Positions 49,190 to 63,423 of a DNA stretch of 64,000 bases are shown here, piece after piece. The position numbers were made by a program, and so were the translations under genes. The stretch is taken from contig NC_086097.1 of the NCBI RefSeq assembly GCF_963921235.1, positions 143,780,001-143,844,000 of the forward strand. Reading direction: 5' to 3'. Under the pieces are notes generated by a model. It ran no database searches. It saw nothing but the letters and a program-made list of their open reading frames with translations, and was not told the DNA's origin. Numbering within the stretch: the stretch's first letter is position 1; the number at the start of each line of letters is the position of its first letter. The stretch comes from Mobula hypostoma (lineage: Eukaryota).

Positions 49190-49905
49190 CCATCAAGACC
49201 CCTGTTTCCATCCAGGGGGTCAGTGTGGACATGGTGGAGGATTACAAATACCTGGGGATATGGATTGACAATAAACTGGACTGGTCAAAGAACACTGAGG
49301 CTGTCTACAGGAAGGGTCAGAACTGCGTCTATTTTCTGAGGAGACTGAGGTCCTTTAACATCTGTCGAATGATGCTGAGGATGTTCTATGAGTCTGTGGT
49401 GGCCAGTGCTATCATGTTTGCTGTTGTGTGCTGGGGCAGCAGGCTGAGGGTAGCAGACACCAACAGAATCAACAAACTCATTCGTAAGGCCAGTGATGTT
49501 GTGGGGATGGAACTGGACTCTCCGACGGTGGTGTCTGAAAAGAGGATGCTGTCCAAGTTGCATGCCATCTTGGACAATGTATCCCATTCACCACATAATG
49601 TTGGGCACGGGAGTACATTCAGCTAGAAGCTCATTCCTCTGAGATGCAACACTGAACGTCATAGGAAGTCATTCCTGCCTGTGGCTATCAAACTTTACAA
49701 CTCCTCCCTTGGAGGGTCAGACACCCTGAGCCAATAGGCTGGTCCTGGACTTATTTCCATCTGGCATAATTTACATATTATTATTTAATTATGTATGGTT
49801 TTATATTGCTATATTTATACTCTATTCTTGGTTGGTGCAACTGTAATGAACCCCATTTTCCCTCGGGATTAATAAAGTATGTCTATCTATCTATCTATCT
49901 ATCTT
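49190..49905 (+). mobile_element. Rex1/Babar-type LINE 3' fragment with (CTAT)n tail
   Basis: YKYLGIWIDNKLDWSKNT...YFLRRLRSFN...MFYESVVAS; closely similar to 18390-18880. Confidence 0.8.
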
Positions 49906-52245
49906 ATCTATAATAGTTCCACCTACCATCACTTTATTCATGGTCTTCTATGCCTTGGCCATTCAACTGCTCATTTAGTTACCTCTTAGATAAATGTTGA
50001 GAGAGTCGCTGTTTCCACACCCACTCAGGCAGTGCATTTGAGTACAAGAAATAGGACGCCATGTTACACCTGTACAAAATTCTGGTGATACTGTATTTGG
50101 AGAATTGTATGCAGTTCTGGTTGCCTAGCCAGTGGAAGGATGTCATTAAGCTGGAAAGGTGCAGTAACGATGTTAACAGGACTGGAGGGCTTGAGGTATG
50201 AGGAGAGACTGGATATGTGTTTTTTTTTCCTGAGTAAAGGAATCTGAGAGGTGACCTTATGGAGGGATATAAAATCATGAAGGACATAAATAAGATGAAT
50301 GATGAGCCCTTTTCTTGGGATAGAGGCAGCTAAAACCAAAGGATATTGTTTTTAAGGTAAATCGTTTAAAGTATTTTTGAGGTACACCTTTTTCATAGAG
50401 AGTGGTTGGTATATGGAACAAGCTGCCAGAGGTAGAAGTAGTACAATTACAGCATTTAAAATATATTTGGCTTGGTTCATAAATAGGAAAGGTTTAGTGG
50501 AAAATAGACCAACTGAAAGCAACTGGATCTTACTCAGGAAGACACCTTTGTCACCACAGATGATTGGGGCTTGGGGAGTTTCCAATCTCTATATCTCCAT
50601 GACTCAATGAGATAATAACTATCCTCTCAGTGGAAGATACCTTAGATTCCTTTTAAATGTTCTACCCATTATCCTAGTTTTAGGCACCTCTGCTTAGTTG
50701 TGTACAATAGGTTCATCTCAGTCTCTTCTGCTGCAAGGAAAGCAGACCCATTCTGAAATCTCCCTCAAGATAACTGAAATGTTCTGCGCCAAGCAACAAC
50801 ATTCTTGTGAATCTCCTCTGCACCCTCTCCAGTGCAATCATGACTTTCCAACAATGTGACACTCTGAATGTGTGTGCGTCGGTGGCTGTGTATGCATGCA
50901 AATGTATGAACATGCATGTGGGCATGTCTATGTATGATAATAAACATCTTGCAGCAGAACTTGACTCCACTTTCCTTAAAGCCCTTGTCACTGGGTCTAG
51001 ACCTTGCTCCGTTAAGATGATGTGGTAATTGGTGTGGAATAGTTTTCTTATGTTAAATGCGGTCACACACAGGCAACTTCAGATTCCCTGTATGAAGTTC
51101 GGTGCCCAGAGCTCCAGCTGTCTTTCTTTAAGACAATGCATGAGTTCAGGTGTTCTAACACAGCTGTTCTGAATGAGACATAGTGGTCAGGAATGGCCAG
51201 CTCAAAGAACAAGATAGTGGGTACACATGCTTCTAGAAGGGTAACCTGAGAGACGAATGGTGATCTTATGGAATGGGTTTCACAGTGGAATGAGAGCTAG
51301 CGTAGACGCTCAGCAACACCCACCCACCCCAGCCCATCCCACTCCATGGGATTTTTACTCTGATGTAGACCCAGCAGGCTGCAGACATCAATGCATGCAC
51401 ACCAATCCTAGAAACTACAAATGGAGAACGTCTGCTTGAATCTTGAAAAATCTCTGGCTCATGCCCCAGAGGACGGTGAATTTGTCCTCCTGATAGATTC
51501 TCTGCTAAGCTGGAAGGGATGTAATCATGATTGTGGAAGAAGCAGCCAAGGTGATGCAGCTCATGGAGCTGCTTCCTCATAGCCCCAGTGACCTCGTGTG
51601 CTGCCTGTAGGGAGTTTGCACTTTGTCCCTGTGTCTTTGTGGTATCCCCTGAGAACTCCAGTTTCCTTCTGCATCCCAGGGACGTGGGGGGGGGGCCGTG
51701 GTTTACAGGAAATTTGATGGAAATGTGGGAAGAATAAAATTGGATTCATGTACAAATAATGAAAGTGGATGTTTGATAGTTGGCACATACTCGATGGGCT
51801 GAAGTGCCTGTTTCCTCCATGACCCTATGAGATATGTTCTTTTCTTTGATACATAGAGACGTTTTCCCACTTGGTCAGAATGCCAAATAGGGAATTCAAT
51901 ATAAAGCTCATTAAGTAGAGAGTACTGAGAAGGTGGAATTTATTAAGAAAGGAAGTGTTTAAGGACAATGAGTTAAATGTATTAGACCAAGCAATCAGAT
52001 GAGGAAGAACAGAAAGACTGTTGGAGTTAGATAAAAACAGAAGGTGATAATTGAACTGCATACCCAGTGTGAACTCTAACGACCTTTTACTGTATTCAAT
52101 ATTCCATGACTCACTCATATAAATGACTTTCTATTTCCTTGTTCTAGTGGACGTTGTACATCTTAATATTTTCTGGTGGGCATATTGCTGTTAATTTTCA
52201 TGGACCCTCTTCTTGACTTACAAAATATTGTTTCTCTCTCTCTAG

Positions 52246-52299
52246 TCGCGAGTTATTGTGCAACAAAAAGGGGAAAGGAATTTCCATTCATTTTATCAG
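52246..52299 (+). CDS. myo1g: Myosin-I exon 5
   Basis: tctctctctag|; SRVIVQQKGERNFHSFYQ; donor CAG|gtaata; 54 nt. Confidence 0.95.
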
Positions 52300-54399
52300 G
52301 TAATAAGCGATCTGCTATTGTCTGATTTATTTACCCAGTGTATTAATTTCAAGTAATAAAGGCCAGAACCCAAAGGGTGGCTGGTGACTGTTGGTTGTGA
52401 CGCTCTGATTGGAATGGTTCCTGCAAAAAAGATGGCAGCAAAATGCCACGCTGGGAGGGAGAGCAAACTGCAGCGTGGGAACAACACACACAAGTTGGGA
52501 AATAGGCTCCAACAGGCTGGGCATGCTTGCACACAAGTCACTAAAAGCTACCATGTGGTGCAGAGTCAGTTAGGAAGGTGACTGGTATGTTGGCCTTTAA
52601 TGCAAGAAAGTATGAACATGAGAGTAGAGCTATTTTATTATAAATATACAGCCTCTTGATCAAACCATATTGAGAATGTTGTGTACTGTTCTGGTTTCCT
52701 TATCTAAACAAGGAGGTACTTGTTCTAGAAGGATTACAGTGAACACTGCAGACTGCTGGTGTTTTTGACATATTAGGAGAAATTGAGTAGGTCAAGGCTT
52801 TTTCTCTAGAGTTTGGAAAAGAGGTGGATATCAGAGCACACAGTATTCATAAAAAGGCTTAATAAGGATGTTTGCCCTGCCTGAGAATTCTGGAACCGGG
52901 GTCATAATAGCTGAATTGGACAGCCTCAGTGGTTGGCTCCAGATTTCACATTTCTGTTGAAGACTGCTGAAGTTTGCAGATATAGATAATGCGATGATCA
53001 GGGAATAGGCAAGGAGCGTTTAAGGAAAAGCCGAAAGGTAACTTCACAGAAGTCCTCAGCTGTTCTGATCTTAATAAGACTAGAGAGAGAGAGAGAGGAG
53101 GCTGGGAGGGTGAAGTGAGGAGGCAGGATGAGAGGGGCAGTGCGACTAGAGGTAAAATGATTTGTTACAGAGTATTTGAATCTGGTAATTGGAATTGGTA
53201 AGATACAATGAAAGCTTGTCTTGTGTGCTGTTCATACAGATTAATTCATTACAGCATTGCATTGAGGTGGTGCAATGTAAAACAATAACAGATTGCAGAA
53301 CTAGGTGTAACAGGTACAGAGAAATTGCAGTGCAGGTAGAAATAAATTGCAAGGTCATAATTGAGTTGGCTTATAAGGTCAGGAGTCCATCTTATCGCAC
53401 TAGCCCACCATTCAATAGTCTTATAACAGCAAGGTAGAAGCTGTCCAGGCCCCTGTTGGTACATGCTTTCAGGCTTTTGTACCATCTGCCTAATGGGAGA
53501 CTGGATACTTGGGATGGCTGCGGTTTTTGATTATGCTGGCTGCTTACCTAAGACAACTCACTGCAGTTCCTCACAGTCACAAGTACGGCAATTGCCATAT
53601 CGTGGTGCAACCAGATAGGATGCTTTCTATGCTGCATCAATAAAAATTGGTAAAGGTCGATGGAGGACATACCAAATTTTTTAGCTTCCTGAGGAAGTAG
53701 AGACATTTGTGTTTTTTCTTGGCCGTGGCACCTGTATGTTTGGACCAGGACAGGCTTTTGGCAATGTTCACTTCTCTCAACCCTCCTGACCTCAGCATTC
53801 TTGAGTCGAAAGGAGCCCTTCCCGTTTTGCGTTCAGGAAAGAGGTGTGCTGAATATTCTCATTTATAAATGCTAAACGTAAGTCATTATTAACTATACGT
53901 AAAAGGGTCGAACCCACACTCTTAGCTTCAATAGGGAGCTGGATCATTAAGCCGAAGGAAGGCATTCCGAGCAACGATCAGGGCTTTGTAACACTAATCT
54001 GCTGTATATGTTGTGGAGGCTAATATCTTCTACCCCTGATTGGTGTCACTTCATGAGGGCCCATCTTAGGTATTCAATATTTTAGAATCCCTTAGAAGCT
54101 GGAGAAACTTATGGAAATAACCACAGAAGATTAAAAAGAATAAGCTATTGGTGTGAGGTATTTAGTTCTGAATGAGCATCTGAGGCTTGGTTCAGAGTTG
54201 CTTTTTATCCTAGAGTAGAGAAGTCACTGGTTCAAGAATGAGTTTAGGTTCAAGACCGCACAGGGCAACCCTGAGAGTAAGCTGTACCACTGAAGGCACC
54301 AAACCAAGAAGCCAAGTTAGCTGCTTAACAGTTGTAGTGTGTTGAAGAACTGAAGATGACTCCCTCAGATGCAGGCTGTACTGGAATGGAGGCTTCACT

Positions 54400-54770
54400 C
54401 AGCTGCAGGTTTCTATTTGCAGCTGTTTGGTTTGCCATCAATTGAACTCAAACACACCACACTTCCTCTGGCTGTCACGGCTGCTGCACCCAAACATCCT
54501 TCTCCCTCCATGAACAATGTGCAGCTGCCAACTATTGACTGATAGGTGGAAATTCGAGCTAAATGGTAAGTGAACAGTAGGAATTATTATTTATAATTTA
54601 GTGCTTTACGTGTTAAATTTATGGAATCCGGGTGTTCAGGAAAATTAAATGAACAAATGGGCACTTAGACTTGCAAAAACCAGCATTAAACCATTACTTT
54701 TCACAATGAGTTTTAACGGTTATAAGAATAAACTGTCTAGCTAAGATGGTGTGGTTTCATTTCCTACCAC
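54400..54770. promoter_or_regulatory. Candidate intronic haematopoietic enhancer (myosin intron 5)
   Basis: ACCACA overlapping CACTTCCTC (RUNX plus PU.1) at 54456-54468; TGTGGTTT overlapping TTTCATTTCC (RUNX plus ETS-IRF composite) at 54750-54764; several CAGCTG E-boxes; no repeat recognised here. Confidence 0.45.
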
Positions 54771-55370
54771 ATTTAGGACGTACGTGGCTTGCTACACCTT
54801 TACACATTTCAAAGACTACTTGGGCTATGGAATATATTTTTAGAGTTGGACATTGATTTATCATAGTTAGTGCAACATTGTTGCCAGAACATTGTTCTCA
54901 GATGTAGACAGGTCTGGGAATTTAGCACAAATCTGATGGATTGTTTTAAAAATATACTGAATATCCTACCATGAAGGGACCTTGAGACCCTGCTTTGATT
55001 AGGCTGCATGTCACTTCATTCATTGCTTGATCCTAAAATGGCAGGGCATCTTAGGATACGAGATAGATGCAGACTTCCAAATTTGCTTTTGATTCAAGAA
55101 CAAAACTAAAAAGAAAGGGAGATGATTAGCAATTTCAAATTTTTGTATCAAATTGCCAAATGTCTTCAAAATATGTCAGGGAGAAAGTTTTGCATATTAT
55201 ATACATTCCAGATTTCAATTTAATTCAGAGTCTGCCCCATTTAAACAAGCTTTAAATTGTGTGTTAAAAATGGTGCCTTGTAAAGAATTAATCATGTGCA
55301 CTCATTAATCCTGCACACTGGATCAAATGTATTTTTTATAAATCCCTTTCATCTGTCTTGCTGTTTCCAG

Positions 55371-55466
55371 CTTTTACTGGGTGGTTCTGATGAACTGTTG
55401 AAATCCCTGTACCTGCAGAGAAACACCACGGAGTACGTATTCACCAGAGAGGGAGCATCTGCCAAT
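55371..55466 (+). CDS. myo1g: Myosin-I exon 6
   Basis: ctgtttccag|; LLLGGSDELLKSLYLQRNTTEYVFTREGASAN; donor AAT|gtaagt; 96 nt. Confidence 0.92.
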
Positions 55467-58330
55467 GTAAGTAGACACAGGATGAGTGCTTCAGTATTGC
55501 AGTTACCTTGCCGACCTAAATTATAAGTTTCTAATATCATGCAATAGCTGGAGTCACATACACAAGTTAGATATTTGGCTCCGAGATAGTATGTTTCATA
55601 ATCAGGACCAAGTTAATCTGAAGTATTCCCAAACACATTTCCAGCAGGAACTTGAAAGATCAATGTCACTAAGATGACGACCTTGATAGACTTGATGATA
55701 GAAGGAATATACCTACATCCCATGAAGCATGTATGCCTGGTATATGTACCAAGACTTAGTGAGTTTTTTATTTGTTTTACATTCCATCCAGACAGGTATT
55801 AAAAAGGAAAACAGTTACATTCACGGAGAAAATGCAGTTCAGGTAGACAAATAAAGTACAAGGGCATGACGAGATAGATTGGGAGGTCAAGAGTTCACCG
55901 TTTAGCGTATGCCTTTTCAATAGTCTCACCTTTGGGCGGGTGAGTCTCGTCAACCTTGGACGGCAGCCTGCCTAGGAGAAGGAAAACTCTGATTTTAAAA
56001 CTTCATTGTCTTGCGGCCATACCCAGCCATGGGAAAGGCTTCAGGAGTAAACCCCGAGGAAGAAATCCGGAGCTGGGATCCCTAAGGCAGTATGATGTTG
56101 TTTACAACTTCACTCTGGCAAACTCTGCGACGACACAGGTGCCGAGCTCTATCGGCACTTGCTCTTCCCTTGGACTACATCAGTGACGTGGAGAGGGGGA
56201 AACCTGCTGCACCAGCAACAGCCTTGTGCCCTGGAGAGGACACAGTCCACCAGAGGGGCAAACCCATGATCCCCTGGGATCGATGGCTGCCTACTACTGT
56301 AGTGGGATAGAAGCTGGCCTTGATCCTGGTGGTACGTTCCCTCAAGCGTTTATATTTTCTGCCTGATGAGAGCGAAAGAAGAGAGAATGGCTGTATGGGA
56401 AGGGTCTTTGATTATGTTAGTGGATTCCCTGGGGCAGACAGAGTCAGCGGAGGAGATGTTGGTTTGTGTGACGGACTGAGCTACATTTGTAACTCTCTGC
56501 AATCTCTTGTGGTCTTGGGCAGCGCAGTTGTTGTACCAAGCTATGATGTATCGGAAAAGCTTACTTCCTATACATGTGAAAACTGCTGTGAGTCATCGGG
56601 AACATGCTACTTTTCCTTACCCTTCTGAGGAAGTAGAGGCATTGGTGTAGCATTCAGTAGCATCCTTGTGGCTGGACCAGGACAAATTGTTGGTGATAGT
56701 TACACCTAGAAACCTGAAAGTCTCAACCATCACCATCTCAGCAGGATTGATAGAGACAGCAGCATGGATTCGCCCCACTTCCTGAAGTCAATGACCAGCT
56801 CCTTTGTTTGAGGACATTGATGAAAAGATTGTTGCCTTGATACCAGTAGACTCTTTATCTCTCTGCTGAACTGATCTCGTCATTGCCTGAGATCGAGCCC
56901 CCCATGATGGTGTCATGTACAAGTTGTAAAACAGAGTTAGAGCAGAAACTGGCCACATAGTGTATTGGAAATACAGTAAGAGGTTGAGATTACAGCCTTG
57001 CAGGACACTGGTGATGAGAATAATTGTGGAGGAGTGTTGCTGCCTATGCTTACAGATCATCCTCTTTTGACCATGAAGTCAGGCATCCAGTTACAGAGTG
57101 GGATGCTGGATCCTAGGTCTAGGAGCCTGCAGATGAGTTTGTTTGGGATCAGTGCACTGAAAGTGGACTTGCCATCACTAAATAGGAGAATGACATAGAC
57201 ATTTTTTTAAAAATCCAGATGTTTGAAAAACGAGTGCAGGGCCATGGAGAAGGAGTCTGCCATGAACCTGTTTTGATGAATTTCAGTGGGTCAGGGTTGG
57301 CAGGGAGGCTAGAGATTTGTTACAAGGGGAAAATACATGAAAGTGTGAATATATCCCTGAAAGTGCGGAGATGACTTTTTATTTGGGTCAGGCACCTGAC
57401 GATCAAGAAGAATCAGGTTTCAGTTTGGACATTTCTTCTGTCAAGGTGGGCAATGGTACTGTTAACATACAGCTGGGATCCAGGCTGACCATTAGTGTGA
57501 ACTGGTTTGAAAAAAAGGAAGTACTGTATCAGCAAGAGACCAGCCCTGATGCAAACACGTCCACAGTCCTTAGAAAGGAAGTGGTTACCATTTAAAAAGA
57601 AAATCAAACAAATTTTTTTACTTCTTTCCTAATTTGTTTTTGCTTGTGTTGACGGCTGATGAATTCTCAATGTATTGCTGTTCTAAATATAGGAAAAAGG
57701 GAGTAGTGGTTGAAGCAGGTTCGACGTTGTCGTTTAAAGTTAAATTGGATAGATATTTGGACAGGAAAGGAATGGAGGGTTATGGGCTGAGTGCAGGTCG
57801 GTGGGACTAGGTGAGAGTAAGAGTTCGGCATGGACTAGAAGGGCCAAGATGGCCTGTTTCCGTGCTGTAATTGTTATATGTTTCTGTGGTAATATGGTTA
57901 TAGTCTTGACTTGGTCAAAAGCATCAACACCCAGTTCACTGAAGTTAAAAAATGTCAGCAATTTAATTCCAACACAAGGATGGGAATCAGATCAATAGAG
58001 TTGCTAAATTGGTTACTCTTGTCATGTATACTGTGGTACAGTGAAAAGCTTGCCTTGCATACTGTCCATGCAGATCAATTCATTACAAAATTGTATCGAG
58101 TTAGTACAAGGAAAACAATAGCAGAATGCAGACGAAACGTGTTAGTTACAGAGAAAGTACACTCCAGGTAGAATAGAAGGTGCAGGTCATAATGAGATAG
58201 ATTATGAGGTCAACAATCCAGTTTATCATACTAGGAAACCATCCAATACTCTTATCTCTAGATACAACATTAAGTCATGTCATCTGTAGAAATTCTCTGA
58301 TGACTCAGCAATAGTTGGGTGTATAAAGGG

Positions 58331-61300
58331 AGTCAAGTCAAGTCAAGTCAAATTTATTTATAAAGCACATTTAAAAACAACCTATGTTGACCAAAGTGCT
58401 GTACAAACCATAACAGGTAGCTAAAATCACAAATACGAGAAACACAGATATAAACAACAAGGCACACAGCTTATAGGCACAAAATAAACAATACATGAGC
58501 CTAGGCACAAGCCAAAAATCAGCCACATCAGGGAGATTCAAACGCTAGTGAATAAAGGTAAGTTTTGAGCCTGGACTTAAAAGAGTCAATGGAGGGGGCA
58601 GATCTGATAGGGAGGGGAATGCTGTTCCATAGTCTAGGGGCTCCAACAGCAAAGGCACGGTCACCCCAGAGCTTACGTTTAGATCACGGGACAGCCGGGA
58701 GCCCCAAGTCAGCCAACCTGAGGGATCTGGAAGTAGAATAAGGGTTTAGAAGGTCTGCGATATAGGAGGGGGCCAGCCCATTTAGGGCTTTATAAACAAA
58801 CAGAAGAACCTTAAAATCAATTCTAAACCATGCTGGTAGCCAGTGGAGAGAGGCCAGGATAGAAGTAATATGGTCCCTCTTCCGGGCACCTGTCAGGAGC
58901 CTGGCTGCAGCGTTCTGGACCAGTTGCAGATGGGACAGGGACGACTGACTAATCCCAGTATACAGGGAGTTGGAGTAGTCCAAGCGGAAGGATATAAGGG
59001 CATGGAAGACTTTCTCGAAATCTTTGAAAGAGAGAACCAACTTGATTTTGGCAATAGTATGAAGCTGGAAAAAACTGGCTTTTACTACTCCATTAACTAG
59101 CTTGTTAAACTTAAAGGTGGAATCAAATATCACACCAAGGTTTTTGACGTGGGGTTTGACAAGGGTGGACAGGTTACCAAGACTGTTGGTCATCACTTTG
59201 ATGGAGTCAGGGGGGCCAAATAGGACAACTTCAGACTTGCCTTCATTCAGCTGTAGGAAGTTTTGTGCCATCCAACACTTCATGTCCTCAAGGCAGTTCA
59301 TGAGGCTGACTAGATTTGACTGGTCGTTTGGTTTCAAGGGGAGATAAAGCTGTATGTTGTCAGCATAACAATGGAAGGAAATGTTGTGTTTTTGAATGAT
59401 TTGGCTCGGGAAGCATTTATATAGAGAAAAGAATGGGACCTAGGATGGAACCTTGTGGGACCCCACAGGAGAAACTAGCTGGAGAAGAGGAAAATCTGCC
59501 TATGTTGATGGAGAAGCTTCTATTTTTGAGGTAGGATGTGAACCAGTTCAAGGCAGTGCCATCAACACCAACCCCGTACTGGAGACGGTCTATTACAATG
59601 GCATGATCCACAGTATCGAATGCTGCGCTGAGGTCAAGAAGAATTAGGATGGCAGAGTCACCTGAGTTGGTAGAGAGGAGGAGATCATTGTACACTTTCA
59701 GCAAGGCAGACTGTGTGCTATAATAAGCCTTAAAACCTGACTGAAATTTTTCCAAGATGTTGTTTTGGTGTAGGTAGGGCAACAATTGACTAAGAATAAC
59801 CTTTTCAGGAACCTTTGACAAGAATGGAAGTTTAGAAATAGGTCTGTAGTTACTAGGTAAGGTAGGGTCTAAGTTGGGTTTTTTCAGGAGGGGCTGGACC
59901 ACAGCGCGCTTGAAGCAGGTTGGAACGGTACCAGTGGCCAGGGAGCTGTTGATAATAGAGAGGATGGGACCGGCTATGTAAAAGACATCCTTCAGGAGGG
60001 CAGTGGGGACAATGTCAAGGGGGCAGGTTGCAGGTTTCATGGTGGAAACAATCTTTGTAAGGGAGGGTAGCGTGATGGGTTGGGAACAGTCCAGTTTAGA
60101 TGAACAGACCAGTGAGACAGTTAGGTCACAGATAGGGGGAGGAATATTCATTCTAATGTCTTCAACTTTGCTAATGAAGAATTTTAAAAGTTCTTTGCAC
60201 TTAGCAGGGGACACATCTAAACTAATACTGAGGGCAGGACAAATGACAGAATTTATGGTACTGAGTAAGACCTTGGGATTATGAGAGTTGTTAGAAATTA
60301 GGTCAGAAAAGTATTTTGCTCTTGCAGCCTTAACTGCATCCTGATATTTGTGGAGATTATTTCTCAAAATTTCGAAGGAAATTTGAAGCTCATCATGCTT
60401 CCACTTTCGTTCGGATATTCTGCATTTCCGCCTCAGGGCTCTGGTGATGTCATTCAGCCAGCGCAGACCTTTAGGCTTAGGCTTTTTGAATTTAAGAGGA
60501 GCAACAGTATTCAGAATAGAGGAGCAGGTGGTATTAAATAAGGAAGTACGTTCCTCAGTGCTGAGATGGGGAGGAAAGCCTCAATAGTGCAGGTATTAGC
60601 AACAGCTATGAGAGCCTCAGAGAACTTATTGACACTCGAAGAGTTAACATAATGAGAGCAATGTCCAGGAAGATGAAATTTAGTAGGGGAAAAAGGCAGA
60701 GAAGCATCAAACATAACAGCACTATGATCCGACAGACACGCATCAATTATTTCCACATTGCTGATCGGAAAACCAGACGATAAGACCAGGTCAAGTGTGT
60801 GGCCTAGCATGTGAGTGGGTCCAGTGATAAGCAAAGCAGATTAAAAGACTCAAGCAGATGCATAAAGTCACTTACGAGAGGCTTAGCGGGACAGCAAACA
60901 TGAATATTAAAGTCACCAAGAATCAGAGCTCGATCAAAGTTGGGCATAGTATTTGAGAGGAAGTCCGCAAGTTGAGTGATAAAATCTTTATGTATTTCTG
61001 GTGGACAATACACAAGAGCAATTAAGAGGGGATTGACCAGGCCCATTTTAATTAATTGCACCTCGAAGCTGGGGAAATAATCAGAGTTCAGTAGACGGCA
61101 ATTAAAATGTTTCTTAAACACAGCGGCTAGACCCCCTCCGCGTCCGGAGGGTCTAGGCATGCTAAAAAAGTTACAGTCATCTGGACAGAGTTCAACAAGT
61201 GGAGCAAGCTCACCTGTGCTTAACCAGGTTTCCGTCACCAGTAAGAAATCCAATCCTTGGACGGTGAAGAAGTCACTGAGAATAAAAGTCTTATTGGATA

Positions 61301-61820
61301 AGGATCTCGCATTGGTCAGAGCCATTTTGACTGGGATAGCAGTATAATCTGACAATGGCTCGCTCGCCAGAGGGCGGAGGTTCTGGAAGACAACTCCACC
61401 ATGCTTCACAAGTGGCCTGACGGGGAGCCCGCAGGGCAGTGGTCTGGCGTCCAGGTCTGTGTCTGGGATAATCGGTCGGCGAAAGGCATACCTGGTCTCG
61501 AGGGAGTGCCGAGAAATGGAGTTACGTGGCCGACCGGGTCCAACATCGTCGAGCTGCAGAAGGTAGACTGGTTTCGAGTGAAAGCGGACAAGATTCCTGT
61601 GCTTAACCGAGGCGCCTGCACATTTACTCTGCCTCCTAGCTCGTTTCCTATGGTGGCAGCCGCAGGGCCGAGCCCATATACCTTCAGGTAGTTGGGAAAG
61701 TAGAGAGCGGTGAAAGCTTCTTTGTCCAGAATCCTGAGTGAGTAAGTCCACGACAGAGGCCCGAATATTCAGTAGTGTTTGACGATCATAGACAATAGAG
61801 GCTTGCACATCACGTATGCA
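58331..61820 (-). mobile_element. L2-clade LINE, near-complete ORF2 with frameshifts, nested in a Rex1-type LINE
   Basis: EN motifs NARSLSNK, VTETWL, GGGLA, LGDFNIH, GHTLDLV and SDH; RT motifs LLDLSAAFDTVDH and GVPQGSILGPILF; (TTGAC)n tail at 58331-58350. Rex1 RT sequence (KFSDDSAIVGCI before; WCKLNHLQLNISKTKEMV after) flanks both sides. Confidence 0.9.
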
Positions 61821-62519
61821 CGGAGACACAAGGATGGATACAGGGCCCAGCTGGTGCAAGCTGAATCATCTGCAGCTCAACATCAGTAAGACAAAGGAGA
61901 TGGTGATGGACTTTAGGAAGACTAAATCTGCACTGCTCCCTGTTACTATTGATGGTGAGGACGTGGATGTGGCAAGGACCTACAGGTACCTGGGGTGCAC
62001 CTGGATGACAGACTTGAGTGGAGCACCAACACAGAGGCTGAGTACAAGAGCCAGGATGCTTCTACTTCCTAAGGCTCCTATGGAAAATCCTGGCAATTCT
62101 AGACAATGTTTCTCACCCTCTGCATCCCACCTTGGCTGAACAGAGGAGCACTTTCAGTAAAAGATTAAGACAACTGTGCTGCTCCAAAGAGCACTATATG
62201 AGGTTAATCTTACCCTCGGCCATTAGGTTCTATAATGAGTCAACCTATAGCCAGGGAAGTGATGACCCTCTCTGTTAGTCTGTTTGTGGTAACTTATTTT
62301 TTATTCTTTCTACTTCACTTCCAATATTTACATCTGCGCACTTGTAATGCTACTGTACTGTAATTTCCTTTGTGATCAATAAAGTATCTATCTACAGCAG
62401 AGGGGTAGAAGCTGTTCAGTCCGGTAATACATGATTTCAGGCTTTTGTGTCTTCTGCCCAATGGGAGAGAGGAGAAAAAGGAATCTGCAGGGTGGGTGAG
62501 GTCTTTGATTCTGCTGGTG

Positions 62520-63140
62520 CTTGTTCTGCTTCAACTGGATCCTCTATTTCCTCACTTGCAGATCTCACTCAGTTCAGATTGGCAGCAACATCTCCTCCAG
62601 AATCGCCATCAGCACAGGTGCACCACAAGGCTATGTGCTTAGCCCTTTACTTTACTTACGTTACATTTACGACTGCGAGGCTAAACATAGCTCCAATGTC
62701 ATATTTAAGTTTCCTGATGTCACCCCTGCTGTTGGCCAAATCGGTGGTGACAAATCAGCATGTAGGAGGGAGATTGAAAGTCTAGCTGAGTATTGCCACA
62801 GCATCTCACTCAATGTCAGCAAGGCCAAGAAACTAACTATTGAATATAGGAGGAGAAAACTAGAGGGCCGTGGGCCAGCCCTCATCGGGGAATCAGAAAT
62901 GCAGAAGGTCAGCAATCTTAAACTTCTCAGTGTTATCATTTCAGTGGATCTCTGCTGGGTCCAGCATATAAATGCCATTACAAAGAAGGCAAGGCAGCAA
63001 CATTACTTTCTTAGAAGATTCCGCATGTTATCTAAAACTTTGACAGACCTCTATAGACGTGCAGTGGAGAGTATATTGACTAGTTGCATCATGACCTGGT
63101 ATGGAAACATCAAAGCCCCTGAATAGAAACGCCTACAAAA
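62520..63140 (+). mobile_element. Rex1/L2-like LINE RT fragment
   Basis: ISTGAPQGYVLSPLLY...FKFPD...SLNVSKAKKL. Confidence 0.75.
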
Positions 63141-63306
63141 AATAATACCACTGAATTTCAAGGGGACATGGATTTAAATATGTCATAGAAAATGGCTGTT
63201 GTTAGTAATCCTGAATGTTTCTGAAATCTATATAATTCATCGCCCTATAGCTTGGTGCTAACCCTGTGAATTTCTTACCTTCACGTTCATTGTAATCCAT
63301 TTCCAG

Positions 63307-63423
63307 ACTGGGATTAATGACAAAGCAAACTTCAAGATGGTGAAGAATGCAATGGAAGTACTTGGGTTCAGTGAAGAGGAAATCGCTGCCATCTATAAAG
63401 TCTTGGCCACCATCCTGCATCTG
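63307..63423 (+). CDS. myo1g: Myosin-I exon 7 (gene continues beyond the window)
   Basis: atttccag|; TGINDKANFKMVKNAMEVLGFSEEEIAAIYKVLATILHL; donor CTG|gtgagg; 117 nt. All seven exons join in frame (831 nt). Confidence 0.95.

Noticed and set aside
29982..63423. Firm MYO1D assignment
   Set aside because: The protein is intermediate and the regulatory motifs favour MYO1G; it cannot be settled without a phylogeny.
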